A stretch of 64,000 nucleotides of DNA from Patescibacteria group bacterium (GTDB taxonomy: Bacteria; Patescibacteriota; Patescibacteriia; UBA10025; JBIOWE01), in assembly GCA_044868145.1 (NCBI GenBank), contig JBIOWE010000004.1:137395-201394 (forward strand). Direction: 5' to 3'. Made by a program: the position numbers and the translations under genes. Below the pieces are notes generated by a model. The model did not search any database and was not told the DNA's origin. It saw only the letters and a list, made by a program, of their open reading frames with translations. This document shows positions 36,791 through 47,361 of the stretch, one piece after another (within the stretch, counting starts at the first letter, position 1; each line of letters opens with the position of its first letter).

Positions 36791-38734
36791 ATGATTCGGA
36801 TCCTCGAACAAAAAGCTGCCCTCATACTCATTGTCATGATCGCGCTGTACGTTAGCATGTTCACCGCTTTTACTTTTATTAAGTACGACAATTTTGGCTA
36901 CAACGCCCTTGACCTCGCGATTTACCAGCAAGTATTCTGGAACTCGAGCCATGGCAACCTGTTTGGCATGTCCATTCACCCACACCTATATCTCGGTGAT
37001 CACTTTGAACTGTTCATTCTTTTACTCCTGCCATTCTTTCTTATCTGGCAATCACCGCTTTTGCTACTTTTTCTCCAAACTGTTTTTATCGCGCTGGCGA
37101 CATGGCCTTTGTTTCTCATTGCCAAGCGTGAACTATCAAAACCGTGGGCGCTCGGGATTGTCACACTCTTTTTGGCAAGCCCGTTCATCCAAAACGCGAA
37201 CATGTTCGAATTCCATATTCTGCCGTTTGCGATTTCCCTTTTGCTCTGGGGTTTTTATTTTTACCAAACCAAGCGCTTTTGGCTTTTTTTTCTTTTCGCC
37301 GTGCTTAGCCTTACCGTTCGAGAGGATGTTTCGCTTGTTATTTTTATGTTCGGCATTCTCGCACTTCTTGACCGAAGAGGATGGCGATGGGTACTTGTAC
37401 CGATCATTTTTGCTGCCAGCTGGTTCAAACTCTCCACGGAACTAATCGCTTACTTCAACAGCGAACATCTTTATAAATTCCAACTATATTTTACCGGCAC
37501 TGGCGAAGGCGCGCTGGGTATTGTACAAAATATTTTTATACACCCGGTTGACTTCTTAGCTAAGCTGCTTACATTCAATAATCTGCTTATTACGCTCGGC
37601 CTCTTGTTGCCACTCGCTCTTTTGCCACTGCTTAAGCCACGCTACCTCATTCTTGGCATTCTTGTCGCGCTACAGCTTTTCTTAACGGGATTTGGCAGCG
37701 AGGTCGTTCTGGAAACTCATTACACGTCGCTGCTTATGCCCATTTTGTTTATCACGAGCGTTTTTGCAATTCAAAGAATAACTCAAAATAAAGATAGAAT
37801 AGCGTGGTTTTTGCTACGCTGGAAAGGAATTTTTCTGCTTACATTAGCCGTTTCCGCGATCTATTCAATGCTTGTTCTTGGACCGATCGCACCATCGATT
37901 ACCTTTGTTTTTAACCAACCCTCGAGCGATCGGGTCGCATACGATGAGATTGTGAATGACGTGCCGCTGGATGCTCCAGTTGCGGGAAGTTTCGCACTAC
38001 TACCACAGCTTGCGTCACGTCCGGAACTCTACTCACTGCATTATGCATTTCTTGGAAGACAGCAATTTTCGTTTCAGCAGTACACACTGCCGGACAACGT
38101 GCATACCCTCGCCTTTGATAGCCGTGATGCACTATTATATCAGCTCGGTCGGAGTATACAATCTTATAAAGAACAATACAGCACGGGCGATGATCGTCTA
38201 CGCTCTTTAATAGATGACCGCAATCTTAAACCAGCGCTCATACGCGATGCTTTTGCTTTATTCCGTGGCAATGCGAACAACACTATCACGCTCTACGAAG
38301 CGCTAGACTCGCTACCAGGGCAAGTAGAAACGAAATTAATTCATCTTGGTCCGCTTACTCTCGTGGGTTGGGAAGTTGGGGAAGTTTCAGAGCACACAAC
38401 GAACAGCTATCAGATGATTGATTTCTACTGGAGCGTACAAGAACCGGTTGCTGACGACTATCAATTGGCAGTTTCCTTCCTGAACAATAATGGTGTTCAA
38501 ATAGAACAACGGCTTTTCCCCCTGGCATACGGGCTTCTGCCGACGACCGAGTGGCAACCCGGGAAGGTCATCCGCACGACCTACGCATTTCGTTTGCCGG
38601 AAAGGGATACCACCGCGCATCTGCGCATCGCTCCCGTGCTCATTGACGGCTACCGCGGCTTAAGTGGCATACGTTCGGCAGTACCCGTGTTCACTTCCGT
38701 TAAAAAAACCGTAGAAGCGACCATTGATTTATAA
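36791..38734 (+). CDS. DUF2079-like polytopic membrane protein
   Basis: About 12 TM helices in the N-terminal 400 aa, then a soluble C-terminal domain. Chosen start is MIRILEQ at 36791. Confidence 0.6.
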   Translation: MIRILEQKAALILIVMIALYVSMFTAFTFIKYDNFGYNALDLAIYQQVFWNSSHGNLFGMSIHPHLYLGDHFELFILLLLPFFLIWQSPLLLLFLQTVFIALATWPLFLIAKRELSKPWALGIVTLFLASPFIQNANMFEFHILPFAISLLLWGFYFYQTKRFWLFFLFAVLSLTVREDVSLVIFMFGILALLDRRGWRWVLVPIIFAASWFKLSTELIAYFNSEHLYKFQLYFTGTGEGALGIVQNIFIHPVDFLAKLLTFNNLLITLGLLLPLALLPLLKPRYLILGILVALQLFLTGFGSEVVLETHYTSLLMPILFITSVFAIQRITQNKDRIAWFLLRWKGIFLLTLAVSAIYSMLVLGPIAPSITFVFNQPSSDRVAYDEIVNDVPLDAPVAGSFALLPQLASRPELYSLHYAFLGRQQFSFQQYTLPDNVHTLAFDSRDALLYQLGRSIQSYKEQYSTGDDRLRSLIDDRNLKPALIRDAFALFRGNANNTITLYEALDSLPGQVETKLIHLGPLTLVGWEVGEVSEHTTNSYQMIDFYWSVQEPVADDYQLAVSFLNNNGVQIEQRLFPLAYGLLPTTEWQPGKVIRTTYAFRLPERDTTAHLRIAPVLIDGYRGLSGIRSAVPVFTSVKKTVEATIDL

Positions 38735-40414
38735 TACCTTGTAAAGCGTGACGCTGCCTTGCTGAAACACCTGATGTAAATAACTTTTTTCTTGTGGTTG
38801 AAAGTAGCCGAGCGCTTTCTCAAACGGGCCATACCAGACAAATTGGGTGCCCGCGTTTTTTAAAAACACTTGTTTTTGATCATCTTCATCATTCGTTTTG
38901 AAAAACCATTCCTGAACAAGCAAGTACTTTTGTTCTGCGTGAATGGTTTGATGCCTGTGACCTAAATAAACAGGGCGCGCGACAAATGCGGGAATGCGAT
39001 TGCCCTGGACGAAGCTTGATAGGATAATATCTCCTTCCTGTGTGTTGTTTTTGAGCCATGCATAGGCCGCCAACGATTCATTGATCTCGTAGAAATACGC
39101 GCGGTCGCTTTTTGTATCAATCATCTTCCAAATAATGATGGCGTTGGTTGAAAAGAGTAAGACAGCGAGTACAATGGCAGGCAGGATATGCCAAAAATAT
39201 GGCTTATTTTTGAAGAATTTTAGATATAGAGCGCGCAAACCAAAAGCGGCGAGCAGAACGAGCGCAATGTGCAGCGTGTTCGAATACCGGCGCTGAACCT
39301 GCAAGATCGGTAGATACATAAGAAGCAGTAGTGTACCCGCCCAAGTCAAAAGAAAAAAGTACAACCGGTTATTAAGTTTGTGTGAAAACAACGTGCCGAT
39401 CGCGGCAAAAGCAAACAGCATGCCATACCCGAGAACGTACTTTGTGAGATGCGGGGACATGGTAACGTTTTGTTTGGCCCACAACCCAAGCGCCGGTTCA
39501 GTCAAAAAAGCAATCGCATACCAGATCAGGGGCACGAGCGAGAAAAGAACAACCACGAGTGCGTTTCGAATATAGAATCGTGCCTCTGCGGTCGTGCGGG
39601 ATGGCTCGGTAATGATGCGAGTAAAGAAAAGAAAGAACAGAAACGTATAAATAGTCAGTAGGTCATATGGATGCACAAATCCGAGCACGAGCATTAGTGC
39701 GCCAACATACAGCATTGACTTAATACGCGATTGGTCGAGATGACGAAATAGAAAAAAGAGAATGCCAACAGTCAACAACTGCGCAAGGATAAACAAAGGA
39801 GAGTGCATGAGCGTTAAGAATGTATTTGATTCAGGAATCCATACGTCGGTCGGCAACTGAAGCGTCCGGCTACTATCATTCAAAATACTAAAGTAAGAAA
39901 GATGCGGGTAGAGGAGCAGGAAAAAACCTCCTACTCCGGACGAAAAACATAAAAGAAGAAAGGCTATTCGCCTCCATGCTATCTCACGAAAGAGCTGCGC
40001 AATCAAATAATAGAAAAACCATAAAAATGCGATGCCCGTGAGAATGCGAGAGAGATGGAAAATAATCACCGGGCTTAAGGACATGCTACGCGAAAACACC
40101 CCAAGCACGAACCAAAGCGGATGAAACAATGCGGCATGTTGTGGTTCGCTCGTATACAAATTTTTCACTAAGACGTGGCCTTCACGAGCCTGTTCAATAA
40201 GCGAGAAATACACAGGCATATCCGTGAGTGCAAGTGTATTGATTCCGAGAAAATGATCAGTGTCTGTTTGCTGCACGTACCCCGTAATGTAAGGAAACGA
40301 CGCGAGTATGAGGGTTACAAGTGAAACAAATAAAACAAATCGCCATTCAAATGGCGCAACAGGATTATATACCAAATCGCTGTCCTTGGCTTTTTTATCT
40401 ACTAAAAAATTCAT
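38729..40414 (-). CDS. polytopic membrane protein, GT-C glycosyltransferase-like (paralog of the 40411-42048 gene)
   Basis: Multiple TM helices plus a C-terminal soluble domain. The C-terminus ...SVTLYKVL is similar to ...GIAVFRVL of the neighbouring gene. Confidence 0.55.
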   Translation of the reverse strand: MNFLVDKKAKDSDLVYNPVAPFEWRFVLFVSLVTLILASFPYITGYVQQTDTDHFLGINTLALTDMPVYFSLIEQAREGHVLVKNLYTSEPQHAALFHPLWFVLGVFSRSMSLSPVIIFHLSRILTGIAFLWFFYYLIAQLFREIAWRRIAFLLLCFSSGVGGFFLLLYPHLSYFSILNDSSRTLQLPTDVWIPESNTFLTLMHSPLFILAQLLTVGILFFLFRHLDQSRIKSMLYVGALMLVLGFVHPYDLLTIYTFLFFLFFTRIITEPSRTTAEARFYIRNALVVVLFSLVPLIWYAIAFLTEPALGLWAKQNVTMSPHLTKYVLGYGMLFAFAAIGTLFSHKLNNRLYFFLLTWAGTLLLLMYLPILQVQRRYSNTLHIALVLLAAFGLRALYLKFFKNKPYFWHILPAIVLAVLLFSTNAIIIWKMIDTKSDRAYFYEINESLAAYAWLKNNTQEGDIILSSFVQGNRIPAFVARPVYLGHRHQTIHAEQKYLLVQEWFFKTNDEDDQKQVFLKNAGTQFVWYGPFEKALGYFQPQEKSYLHQVFQQGSVTLYKVL

Positions 40415-42048
40415 AGTACGCGAAAGACAGCAATACCCCCGGCATCATATACCTTTTCTAAATATGGTTTTATAAAGGGATTGTATGTTCCAATCGAATG
40501 TTCTCGCTCTCCGTAATAAATATATGTTATGCTGTTTTGTTTTAAGAATTGGTACTTTGCGTCGTCAAGGTTATTATGAAAGAAAAACCGTGTAACTACA
40601 GCGTGTTTGTCTCGCCAATACAGGGTTTGTGGTCCATGTCCAATATACACGGTCCGACCAGTATATGCCGGAAGAAAATTTCCTATTTCCATGCGCGAGA
40701 GAAGGACTGCGTTGTCTGGGGTGTTATCCTTGACCCACGCAAGGGCTGACGCTTCCTGCCCTGTCAGATAGTAAGGGAATTCTTTTTTTGTGGCATACGT
40801 ATAAAGATCCTGGCTAAGGATTTGAAAATTCGTCAGAGGCAGAAAAACAACCAGAAACGCTCCAACGATCGATCCAAGGATGAATACAGTTCTTGGCTGC
40901 ACAATAAAACGATAGCTGATCCAATCCAGAATACGGACAATCCCCCATCCCGCGAGTATTGATACGGGAACGTGCAAACCTTCCACGAGCCGCCGTTGAA
41001 AATCAAGCGGGCTATAGAGGAGCGAAGACGAAACAACGACCCATGTCAGAATGAAAAGCGCTTCTTTTCTTTGCGGCCAGAGCGATGCTCGACCGCCGAT
41101 GAGAGCCAACGGAACAAGCAAACCGAACCCCGCCAAATACATAAGAATACTTGGTGAAGGCAGAAGATTTTGGGATTCCCAGAGCGCGATCGTCGAGTCG
41201 TATGCACGAAGCCAAAAAAGATAGGCGAACGCGGGAAGCGTCAAAAGCCCAAACACGGCAAAATGGAGAAGTACGCGCCAGGGAATGCGCTGCTCCAGAA
41301 TTGCGTGAATAAAAAGATACACGAACAGCACGGCAAACACAGTGGCAGCATTAAATGGATGAAACCATACAAGCAACAAACCCGCCAGACCAGCAAACAC
41401 GCTTGCCCACCATCTACCGGTACGGAATGCAATGAGCATAAGAAGAAAGATGAGGAGAACCATGATCAAGGAAGCCAAAAGGTGCGGCGAATGGTAGATG
41501 GTAAGAAACGTGTTTGACTCCGGCACCCAAAGATCCGTTGGGTAATCGAGAGTGTCGTCGTGGTAAAGGCGGATGAATGGGCCAACGAAAAGACCTATAC
41601 CGGACGAAAATAAAATTACCAAAAACGTGATGATGCGTTGTCGAACGGATCGTAGAAAAAAAGAGAGAAAAAGCATCAACACAATCAAAAAAACAGCAAG
41701 AAGCAGTATGCGCGCTACATGCATGGCAAGCAGATTCGACATGGAAAAAAATTTCGCGAACAAACCAATTGATTCCCATAAAGGATTTGTGTATGCAACT
41801 TTTTGCGGCTCAGTCGTGTACGGGTTCTTCAGCAAAAGCTTTCCCTGTTGCACTTGTTCCATCCACGAAAACCACGCATTGAAATCTCCTGGGGTTAGGT
41901 TACGAATACCCGTGTAGACGCTACCTTCCGGCCGGGTTATATAACCATAAAGATATGGCGCGGACGTTAGTAATACCAGTACGACGTAGCATACAAGTAC
42001 AACGCGCCATTCGCGTTTCGTGATCGATTGGAGTAGCTGTCGGATCAT
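40411..42048 (-). CDS. polytopic membrane protein, GT-C glycosyltransferase-like (paralog)
   Basis: Similar N-terminus (..SAPYLYGYITRPEG.. against ..SFPYITGYVQQTDT..) and similar topology. Confidence 0.55.
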   Translation of the reverse strand: MIRQLLQSITKREWRVVLVCYVVLVLLTSAPYLYGYITRPEGSVYTGIRNLTPGDFNAWFSWMEQVQQGKLLLKNPYTTEPQKVAYTNPLWESIGLFAKFFSMSNLLAMHVARILLLAVFLIVLMLFLSFFLRSVRQRIITFLVILFSSGIGLFVGPFIRLYHDDTLDYPTDLWVPESNTFLTIYHSPHLLASLIMVLLIFLLMLIAFRTGRWWASVFAGLAGLLLVWFHPFNAATVFAVLFVYLFIHAILEQRIPWRVLLHFAVFGLLTLPAFAYLFWLRAYDSTIALWESQNLLPSPSILMYLAGFGLLVPLALIGGRASLWPQRKEALFILTWVVVSSSLLYSPLDFQRRLVEGLHVPVSILAGWGIVRILDWISYRFIVQPRTVFILGSIVGAFLVVFLPLTNFQILSQDLYTYATKKEFPYYLTGQEASALAWVKDNTPDNAVLLSRMEIGNFLPAYTGRTVYIGHGPQTLYWRDKHAVVTRFFFHNNLDDAKYQFLKQNSITYIYYGEREHSIGTYNPFIKPYLEKVYDAGGIAVFRVL

Positions 42049-43250
42049 ATGGGCTGTGGTTGGTTCATCTTCATTTCCAATTGTAGTTTTGTAACGAGTC
42101 GGTACGCAAAGATCGTCAGGAGAAGAATCAGGGCTCCACTTGCAATATAGAGAAGCGGCGTATCTTTGCCTTCACTCAGATTCCATAGAATGGGATATCC
42201 TAGATAGCTGAGGAGGTCATAGGCAATGATAAGCAGCAGGTCATACGAAGAGTCAATGACAAGCGCGAAAAGCGGTATGAACCAAATGAGCCACTGAGGT
42301 GAATAAAAACGAGAAAAGAAAATGAAGACCACGACGGCCAAGGCGCACCAAAGTATCAGACTACGCTTGCTCAAGGGGAACCGCGACATCTTCTTCCAGT
42401 TGATGAGAAAAATGATCGGGACAATAAACTGAGCCAAAAATAACAAGGCAATGGCAAAATAATTTAAGGCGTCCAAATGGTAAAATGTCAGAACATTCTG
42501 CAGAAAATACTGAAAGCTACCAATACCGGCAAGGCGACTACCCTGAGTAAGATACGGAACAAAATACTCATGGCCAAGGGCGAGAATGCCCCCGACCGTA
42601 ATGACGACATGCGTGATGATATAGATACATACGGCGCTTTTCACTTTTACACGGTCCTCCGTTGTTGCGATGGAGCGATACAGGTACACTAAAAAGAATG
42701 GCAGAAAAAGAAGTGTAAACCACTTCACGTAAAAGCTAATTGCAAGGAGAAGAAAAGCGAGCACGAATTTTTTCTTGAACAAGCAAAGGATGCTGGCAAG
42801 CACAAGAACTTCCATCAGAATGTCAAAGCGGCTCAATGTGAAGTATATAAATGCCGGCAAGAAGAATAACCATAATAGTCGAGTGTCTTTTTTTTTATCC
42901 TGAAGTAATCCCTTGAGAAGGAATAAAAACACAATCCACAAAACCGCGTTGCACCAAATAAGGATTGCTTGATAACTGATGGCATTGGTGGCAATGAGGC
43001 TGGGCAAAAGAATATAGAGCGTACCGAGCACAGGGTAACCGGCTAGAACGGCACCCTGTGTCGCCGTGCGGTCTAGAAGAATCAAATAATGATCAAATTC
43101 TGCGTTGTCGCGTAACAGTGCCACACCGCTCAAGGGATCGCCCCTGTGGGTAAAATATTTCCCCGGTGCGTGCTGTACGAGAATCGTGACGACAATCACA
43201 AGGGCGATCATTACAAGAAGTTGCCAATGTCGTTGTATGTATTGCTGCAT
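42045..43250 (-). CDS. polytopic membrane protein (possible GT-C/DUF2029-like)
   Basis: About 10 TM helices. No catalytic motif assigned. Confidence 0.5.
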   Translation of the reverse strand: MQQYIQRHWQLLVMIALVIVVTILVQHAPGKYFTHRGDPLSGVALLRDNAEFDHYLILLDRTATQGAVLAGYPVLGTLYILLPSLIATNAISYQAILIWCNAVLWIVFLFLLKGLLQDKKKDTRLLWLFFLPAFIYFTLSRFDILMEVLVLASILCLFKKKFVLAFLLLAISFYVKWFTLLFLPFFLVYLYRSIATTEDRVKVKSAVCIYIITHVVITVGGILALGHEYFVPYLTQGSRLAGIGSFQYFLQNVLTFYHLDALNYFAIALLFLAQFIVPIIFLINWKKMSRFPLSKRSLILWCALAVVVFIFFSRFYSPQWLIWFIPLFALVIDSSYDLLLIIAYDLLSYLGYPILWNLSEGKDTPLLYIASGALILLLTIFAYRLVTKLQLEMKMNQPQPI

Positions 43251-43251
43251 A

Positions 43252-44826
43252 CTAATCCTTCACAATATACACAGTAGCCTCATTGTCCTCATACGCTTTC
43301 AGAAAACCTTCGCTGGCCTCAATATTCTGTCGCATCAGGGCGTGGCTTTTTTCAATAAAAACAAAACGAGCATTAAAGAGTCCACGAATGTCCGCGTGCA
43401 GATTCGACGCTTGCTGTCCGGTGGTAATATCAACGACCTTTTTATGGCGGTTCTTGTCCGCCTCGTAGAGGAACGTCGGATCAAGGCCAACGATGTAGGC
43501 GTTATGACTGTTGTAATAAAACAGCATGGGAAATTCGTCCCAGCTCGAGTGAAATACAATCTCGCCTTCGCTGGAATGATCCTTCATCCACTCGCTCGCC
43601 TGCTGGAATCTCGTATAGGGAAACCATCGGCCAAGATCCTGCTTCGTAGCGTGCAAATCGCGCAGGATAATGGTCGGAATGCTCACGAGAAAATACACCG
43701 CAAGCACAGTCGCGAACACTTTTCTTCGAACATAGAACTCGGTGACGGAGCGCCACAGGTTTTTCCAGTCAACAGTGCTCAACGCACGATCCAATGCAAA
43801 CGCGCAAAAAAGCAGCGTGAAGGGAACATAGTATTCGATATATCGCCGAGACTTCAGGGTGAACGCAAAAAAAATGACCGCGAGCAGAAACAGACTGATG
43901 GACTTTACCGTTTGTCGACGCAGAGAAACCACAAACAGAATGAGCGTGATGGAAAGCAAGATCGAAAGCAAAACGGTGCTGGACATAAGTTCAATGAATT
44001 TGTATGGATACCACTCATTGCCAACGCCGATAACATTTTGATAATTCACGATACCTATTTTCACCAGTTGGTTCCAGTAGAACGCAAGGTTTTCTGGAAA
44101 AAAAGGATTAATGACGAGTCCCACAATGGTGCCGCCAAAAACGGAAAAGAGCACTGCCGCAACCTCCGAAGACACCAGTCGGTGCGGAATGCTGTGGTGG
44201 CGCATCCCGGAGCGCTTCCACATGTTACGAAAAAAAACTACGCAGGCATATAGTGCGGCGAACATCGGTAAAACGATAAACCCGCCATATGCCCACACAT
44301 ACAGAAAGGACAAGATAAACAGCCACGCGTATTTTTTACGGAAAATAAAAAAAATGCCCAGGAGTAAAAGCAGGACGGAAACGCTCGGCGCTTTCACGAG
44401 CGCAATGCGAAACGTGAACGGCGTGATCAGAAACAACAAAATACTGAGGGGGTACGCAAAGCGCACGCGCTCTTTTCGTAAAAGCATATAAAACGTTAGG
44501 GCAACTGCGCTGCCAAGAAGCGCAGCAACGAGCTTTGCGCCCACCATTGGCTGCAAAAAAGTGACAAATGGTATGAGCAAGACATGGTAGAGAAAGTGTT
44601 GGTCGATAAAAATATCACGAAGAACCGTGAATGGCAGCCACGGAAAGCCCTTGATGATGCCTTCATCGCGTATGAGCATGGCCATTTTCATATGATAAAA
44701 CGAGTCGGGATCCGCAAATGAATCGTTCGCTAGTAGATACGTGAACAAAACAAACGTAAATAAAAAAAGCGTGAGTGGAATGATCCACTCTTTATGCTCC
44801 AAAACGAATCGATGCGCTCGCCTCAT
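43252..44826 (-). CDS. polytopic membrane protein with C-terminal soluble domain (glycosyltransferase / O-antigen polymerase-like)
   Basis: About 11 TM helices in the N-terminal 350 aa, then a 170 aa soluble domain. Confidence 0.5.
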   Translation of the reverse strand: MRRAHRFVLEHKEWIIPLTLFLFTFVLFTYLLANDSFADPDSFYHMKMAMLIRDEGIIKGFPWLPFTVLRDIFIDQHFLYHVLLIPFVTFLQPMVGAKLVAALLGSAVALTFYMLLRKERVRFAYPLSILLFLITPFTFRIALVKAPSVSVLLLLLGIFFIFRKKYAWLFILSFLYVWAYGGFIVLPMFAALYACVVFFRNMWKRSGMRHHSIPHRLVSSEVAAVLFSVFGGTIVGLVINPFFPENLAFYWNQLVKIGIVNYQNVIGVGNEWYPYKFIELMSSTVLLSILLSITLILFVVSLRRQTVKSISLFLLAVIFFAFTLKSRRYIEYYVPFTLLFCAFALDRALSTVDWKNLWRSVTEFYVRRKVFATVLAVYFLVSIPTIILRDLHATKQDLGRWFPYTRFQQASEWMKDHSSEGEIVFHSSWDEFPMLFYYNSHNAYIVGLDPTFLYEADKNRHKKVVDITTGQQASNLHADIRGLFNARFVFIEKSHALMRQNIEASEGFLKAYEDNEATVYIVKD

Positions 44827-44890
44827 ACCGCCTAGTATACCATGTTTGATTTGGTCGAGAAAAAAGCTGTTGGCGCAATGGACGCTTTCT

Positions 44891-45970
44891 TCATGCGAGT
44901 CGTCGCTTTAAAAAATCGACGGTTGGAATTGGCGTTGGATCAAGGTTATTCAAAATGCCAAGATAAAAACTTGCATAACTTGAAAATGCGAGCGTTTCCA
45001 TCGCTTCGGCAAGTCGCGCACCTTCGCCTACAACGTATGACGCCGTCGAAAATCCTGCTCGATTGATAATCGTCTGCGTTACCTGATAACGCTGGCGAAG
45101 CTTTGCAGCATAGCGCTTGGAAACGAAAAAGAAGAAGCGCGTGCGCGTTCGAAGCTCTTGTGACTTCCGAAGTCCCTCGAGCAAATGGTGATTCATTTCT
45201 GGCATGCTGAAAAACGCTGCGAGCTGTTTACCGTTTTCATTCACCTGGTTCGCAACAATGTGCGCGTTCCCAACAAGGTGATCCGACGCAACGAAAAAAA
45301 TAAAACGATTTTTCGTGTCTTCCGCAAACTGCTTTGCGGGGTTACGACGTATTGGCGTTTGAACATTGAATCGCCGATCCGCGCGCCGAATAGCAGCCAC
45401 CGATTGTGCAAGTTCACGCTTGGTCACGCGCAGGAAACCTGTGCGGTCGAGTAGTCCAAGCGTCCCAACAATACCATATCCAAGGCCCATGCGCGGTGAA
45501 CCGCATGGATTGTGCACGGGATTGAATTGATAGCCAAGCAGTCGCTTCTGCTTCATGAATTGTGCAAGAGCGCCGCCAGAGGTCAGCACGAGAACGCGAG
45601 CACGGCGGGCAATCGCTTGCCGAACTGCATGGAGCGTTTCTTCTGTATTCCCGGAGTAACTTGAGGCGAGATAAAGCGTCTGCGGCCCAACGCTCCCCGG
45701 CAACGTATAGCCGTGGAGGATTTCGAGCGGTATGCGAAGTTCCGTACCGAAAACATCTGACAACAAATGCGCCGGCAATCCCGACCCGCCCATCCCGTGA
45801 ATCACTACATGTTTCAGCTGCTTGTACGCTTTGGGTATACGAATGCTCCGCGTATCGAGCCACGCTTGGGCGCACTGATCCGCAAGCTGCCGAATGGAAT
45901 CGAGCATGCCGGACCGATCAAGGCGACTGACTGATCGCAGATTGTCGAGAATGTTCGTCATTTTTCTCAC
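44891..45970 (-). CDS. bifunctional phosphoglucose/phosphomannose isomerase (SIS domain)
   Basis: VVIHGMGGSGLPAHLL and a second SIS-like segment (VLTSGGALAQ). About 350 aa, as in PGI/PMI-family enzymes. Confidence 0.7.
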   Translation of the reverse strand: MRKMTNILDNLRSVSRLDRSGMLDSIRQLADQCAQAWLDTRSIRIPKAYKQLKHVVIHGMGGSGLPAHLLSDVFGTELRIPLEILHGYTLPGSVGPQTLYLASSYSGNTEETLHAVRQAIARRARVLVLTSGGALAQFMKQKRLLGYQFNPVHNPCGSPRMGLGYGIVGTLGLLDRTGFLRVTKRELAQSVAAIRRADRRFNVQTPIRRNPAKQFAEDTKNRFIFFVASDHLVGNAHIVANQVNENGKQLAAFFSMPEMNHHLLEGLRKSQELRTRTRFFFFVSKRYAAKLRQRYQVTQTIINRAGFSTASYVVGEGARLAEAMETLAFSSYASFYLGILNNLDPTPIPTVDFLKRRLA

Positions 45971-46135
45971 TCAAGTATACGATGGTCTCTACACTCGAGC
46001 AAGTAGTGAGCCTTAACCGTTATCACGCTTTTTTTGTATAACCACTCGTTGATTTTTTAACAAAATTGTGTTATAGTAACAACCAGCTTTATCAATCTTT
46101 TTACCATTCTTATCTGTCGGAAAGACGTTTTTGTT

Positions 46136-46870
46136 ATGTCAGGACATTCCAAATGGGCGCAGATCAAACGTCAAAAACACAGTACGGATCAGAAGCGCGG
46201 AAATCTTTTCACAAAATTTGCAAATATCATCGCTATCGCGGCCCGTGAAGGTGGTGGCGACCCCGATACAAACATCAAGCTACGTTTCGCAATTGAGCGG
46301 GCGCGCTCGGCAAACGTACCAAACGATAATATTGAACGGGCGATAAGAAAAGGGACAGGCGACGGTTCTTCGACAAAGATAGAGGAAACCATGTACGAAG
46401 GGTTTGGTCCTGCAGGCAGCGCGTTCCTTGTCGAGGCAATCACCGACAATAAAAATCGGACGTCTGCGGACATACGTAGCATCTTTACAAAATACGGAGG
46501 TCACCTTGGTTCAACCGGCAGCGTCGCTTGGACGTTCGAGCGCAAGGGCGTGATTCGCATCAGCAAAGATGCACTCACCAACTTTACGAATCGCGAGGAA
46601 TTTGAGTTGGCGCTCATTGATGCAGGCGCAGCAGACATACAAACAGAAGAAGAAGGACTCACGATTTTCACCACGCCAGACGCCCTTCAAGCGGTAAAAG
46701 AACATCTACAAACCCTGGGCGTAACGTTCGATTCTGCTGAGCTGGAATACGTCGCGAAGGAACCATTGCTCATACAAGATTCTCATGCGGCGCGTCAGCT
46801 CGAAGCACTCTCAATGGAGCTTGAGGATCACCCTGATATCAATAACTATTACACCAATGCGGCCACTTAA
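46136..46870 (+). CDS. yebC: YebC/PmpR-family transcriptional regulator
   Basis: MSGHSKWAQIKRQK... is the canonical family N-terminus. Confidence 0.9.
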   Translation: MSGHSKWAQIKRQKHSTDQKRGNLFTKFANIIAIAAREGGGDPDTNIKLRFAIERARSANVPNDNIERAIRKGTGDGSSTKIEETMYEGFGPAGSAFLVEAITDNKNRTSADIRSIFTKYGGHLGSTGSVAWTFERKGVIRISKDALTNFTNREEFELALIDAGAADIQTEEEGLTIFTTPDALQAVKEHLQTLGVTFDSAELEYVAKEPLLIQDSHAARQLEALSMELEDHPDINNYYTNAAT

Positions 46871-47351
46871 AGGGGCGCTTGTCATCTTGGGTATTGACCC
46901 CGGTCTCGCGCGTACTGGCTACGGGGTTCTCCGCGCGCAAGGCCGAGGAGTTACGTATGTCGCGCATGGGTGCATTACGACCCCGGCGAATCAACCATTT
47001 TCCGCAAGGCTCTATACAATCTTTGACCAGATGCGCGAAGTATTTGAAACGTATAAACCAAGCATACTGGCCATGGAGCGCCTCTTCTTTGCAAAAAATA
47101 TGAAGACGGCGACCAGCGTGGGGCAATCGCAAGGCGTGCTTTTTCTTCTCGCTCATATGTATGGCGCACCAGTGTACGAGTTTACGCCGCCAGCCGTCAA
47201 GATGACCATCACTGGTTCCGGTGCCGCATCAAAAAAACAAATGCAAAAAATGATCAAAACGCTCTTAAAACTTCGTGAAATTCCCAAGCCGGATGATGCG
47301 GCCGACGCACTCGCGGTTGCGTTTTGTTACACGCGCACGAAAAAAGTTTAG
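46857..47351 (+). CDS. ruvC: crossover junction endodeoxyribonuclease RuvC
   Basis: ILGIDPGLARTGYGVL is the RNase H-fold motif. Overlaps the yebC stop, as in the classic yebC-ruvC pair. Confidence 0.9.
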   Translation: MRPLKGALVILGIDPGLARTGYGVLRAQGRGVTYVAHGCITTPANQPFSARLYTIFDQMREVFETYKPSILAMERLFFAKNMKTATSVGQSQGVLFLLAHMYGAPVYEFTPPAVKMTITGSGAASKKQMQKMIKTLLKLREIPKPDDAADALAVAFCYTRTKKV

Positions 47352-47361
47352 CGCGGTTCCT

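Noticed and set aside
36528-36985. ORFs 36528-36773 (plus) and 36695-36985 (minus)
   Set aside because: They cover the terminator and the inverted repeat pair at 36642-36748, and the minus ORF overlaps the start of the DUF2079 gene. Translations are Arg/Gly-rich. Judged non-coding.
43105-44253. 382-aa plus-strand ORF
   Set aside because: Antisense to two well-supported membrane-protein genes (42045-43250 and 43252-44826). Arg/Lys-rich low-complexity translation.
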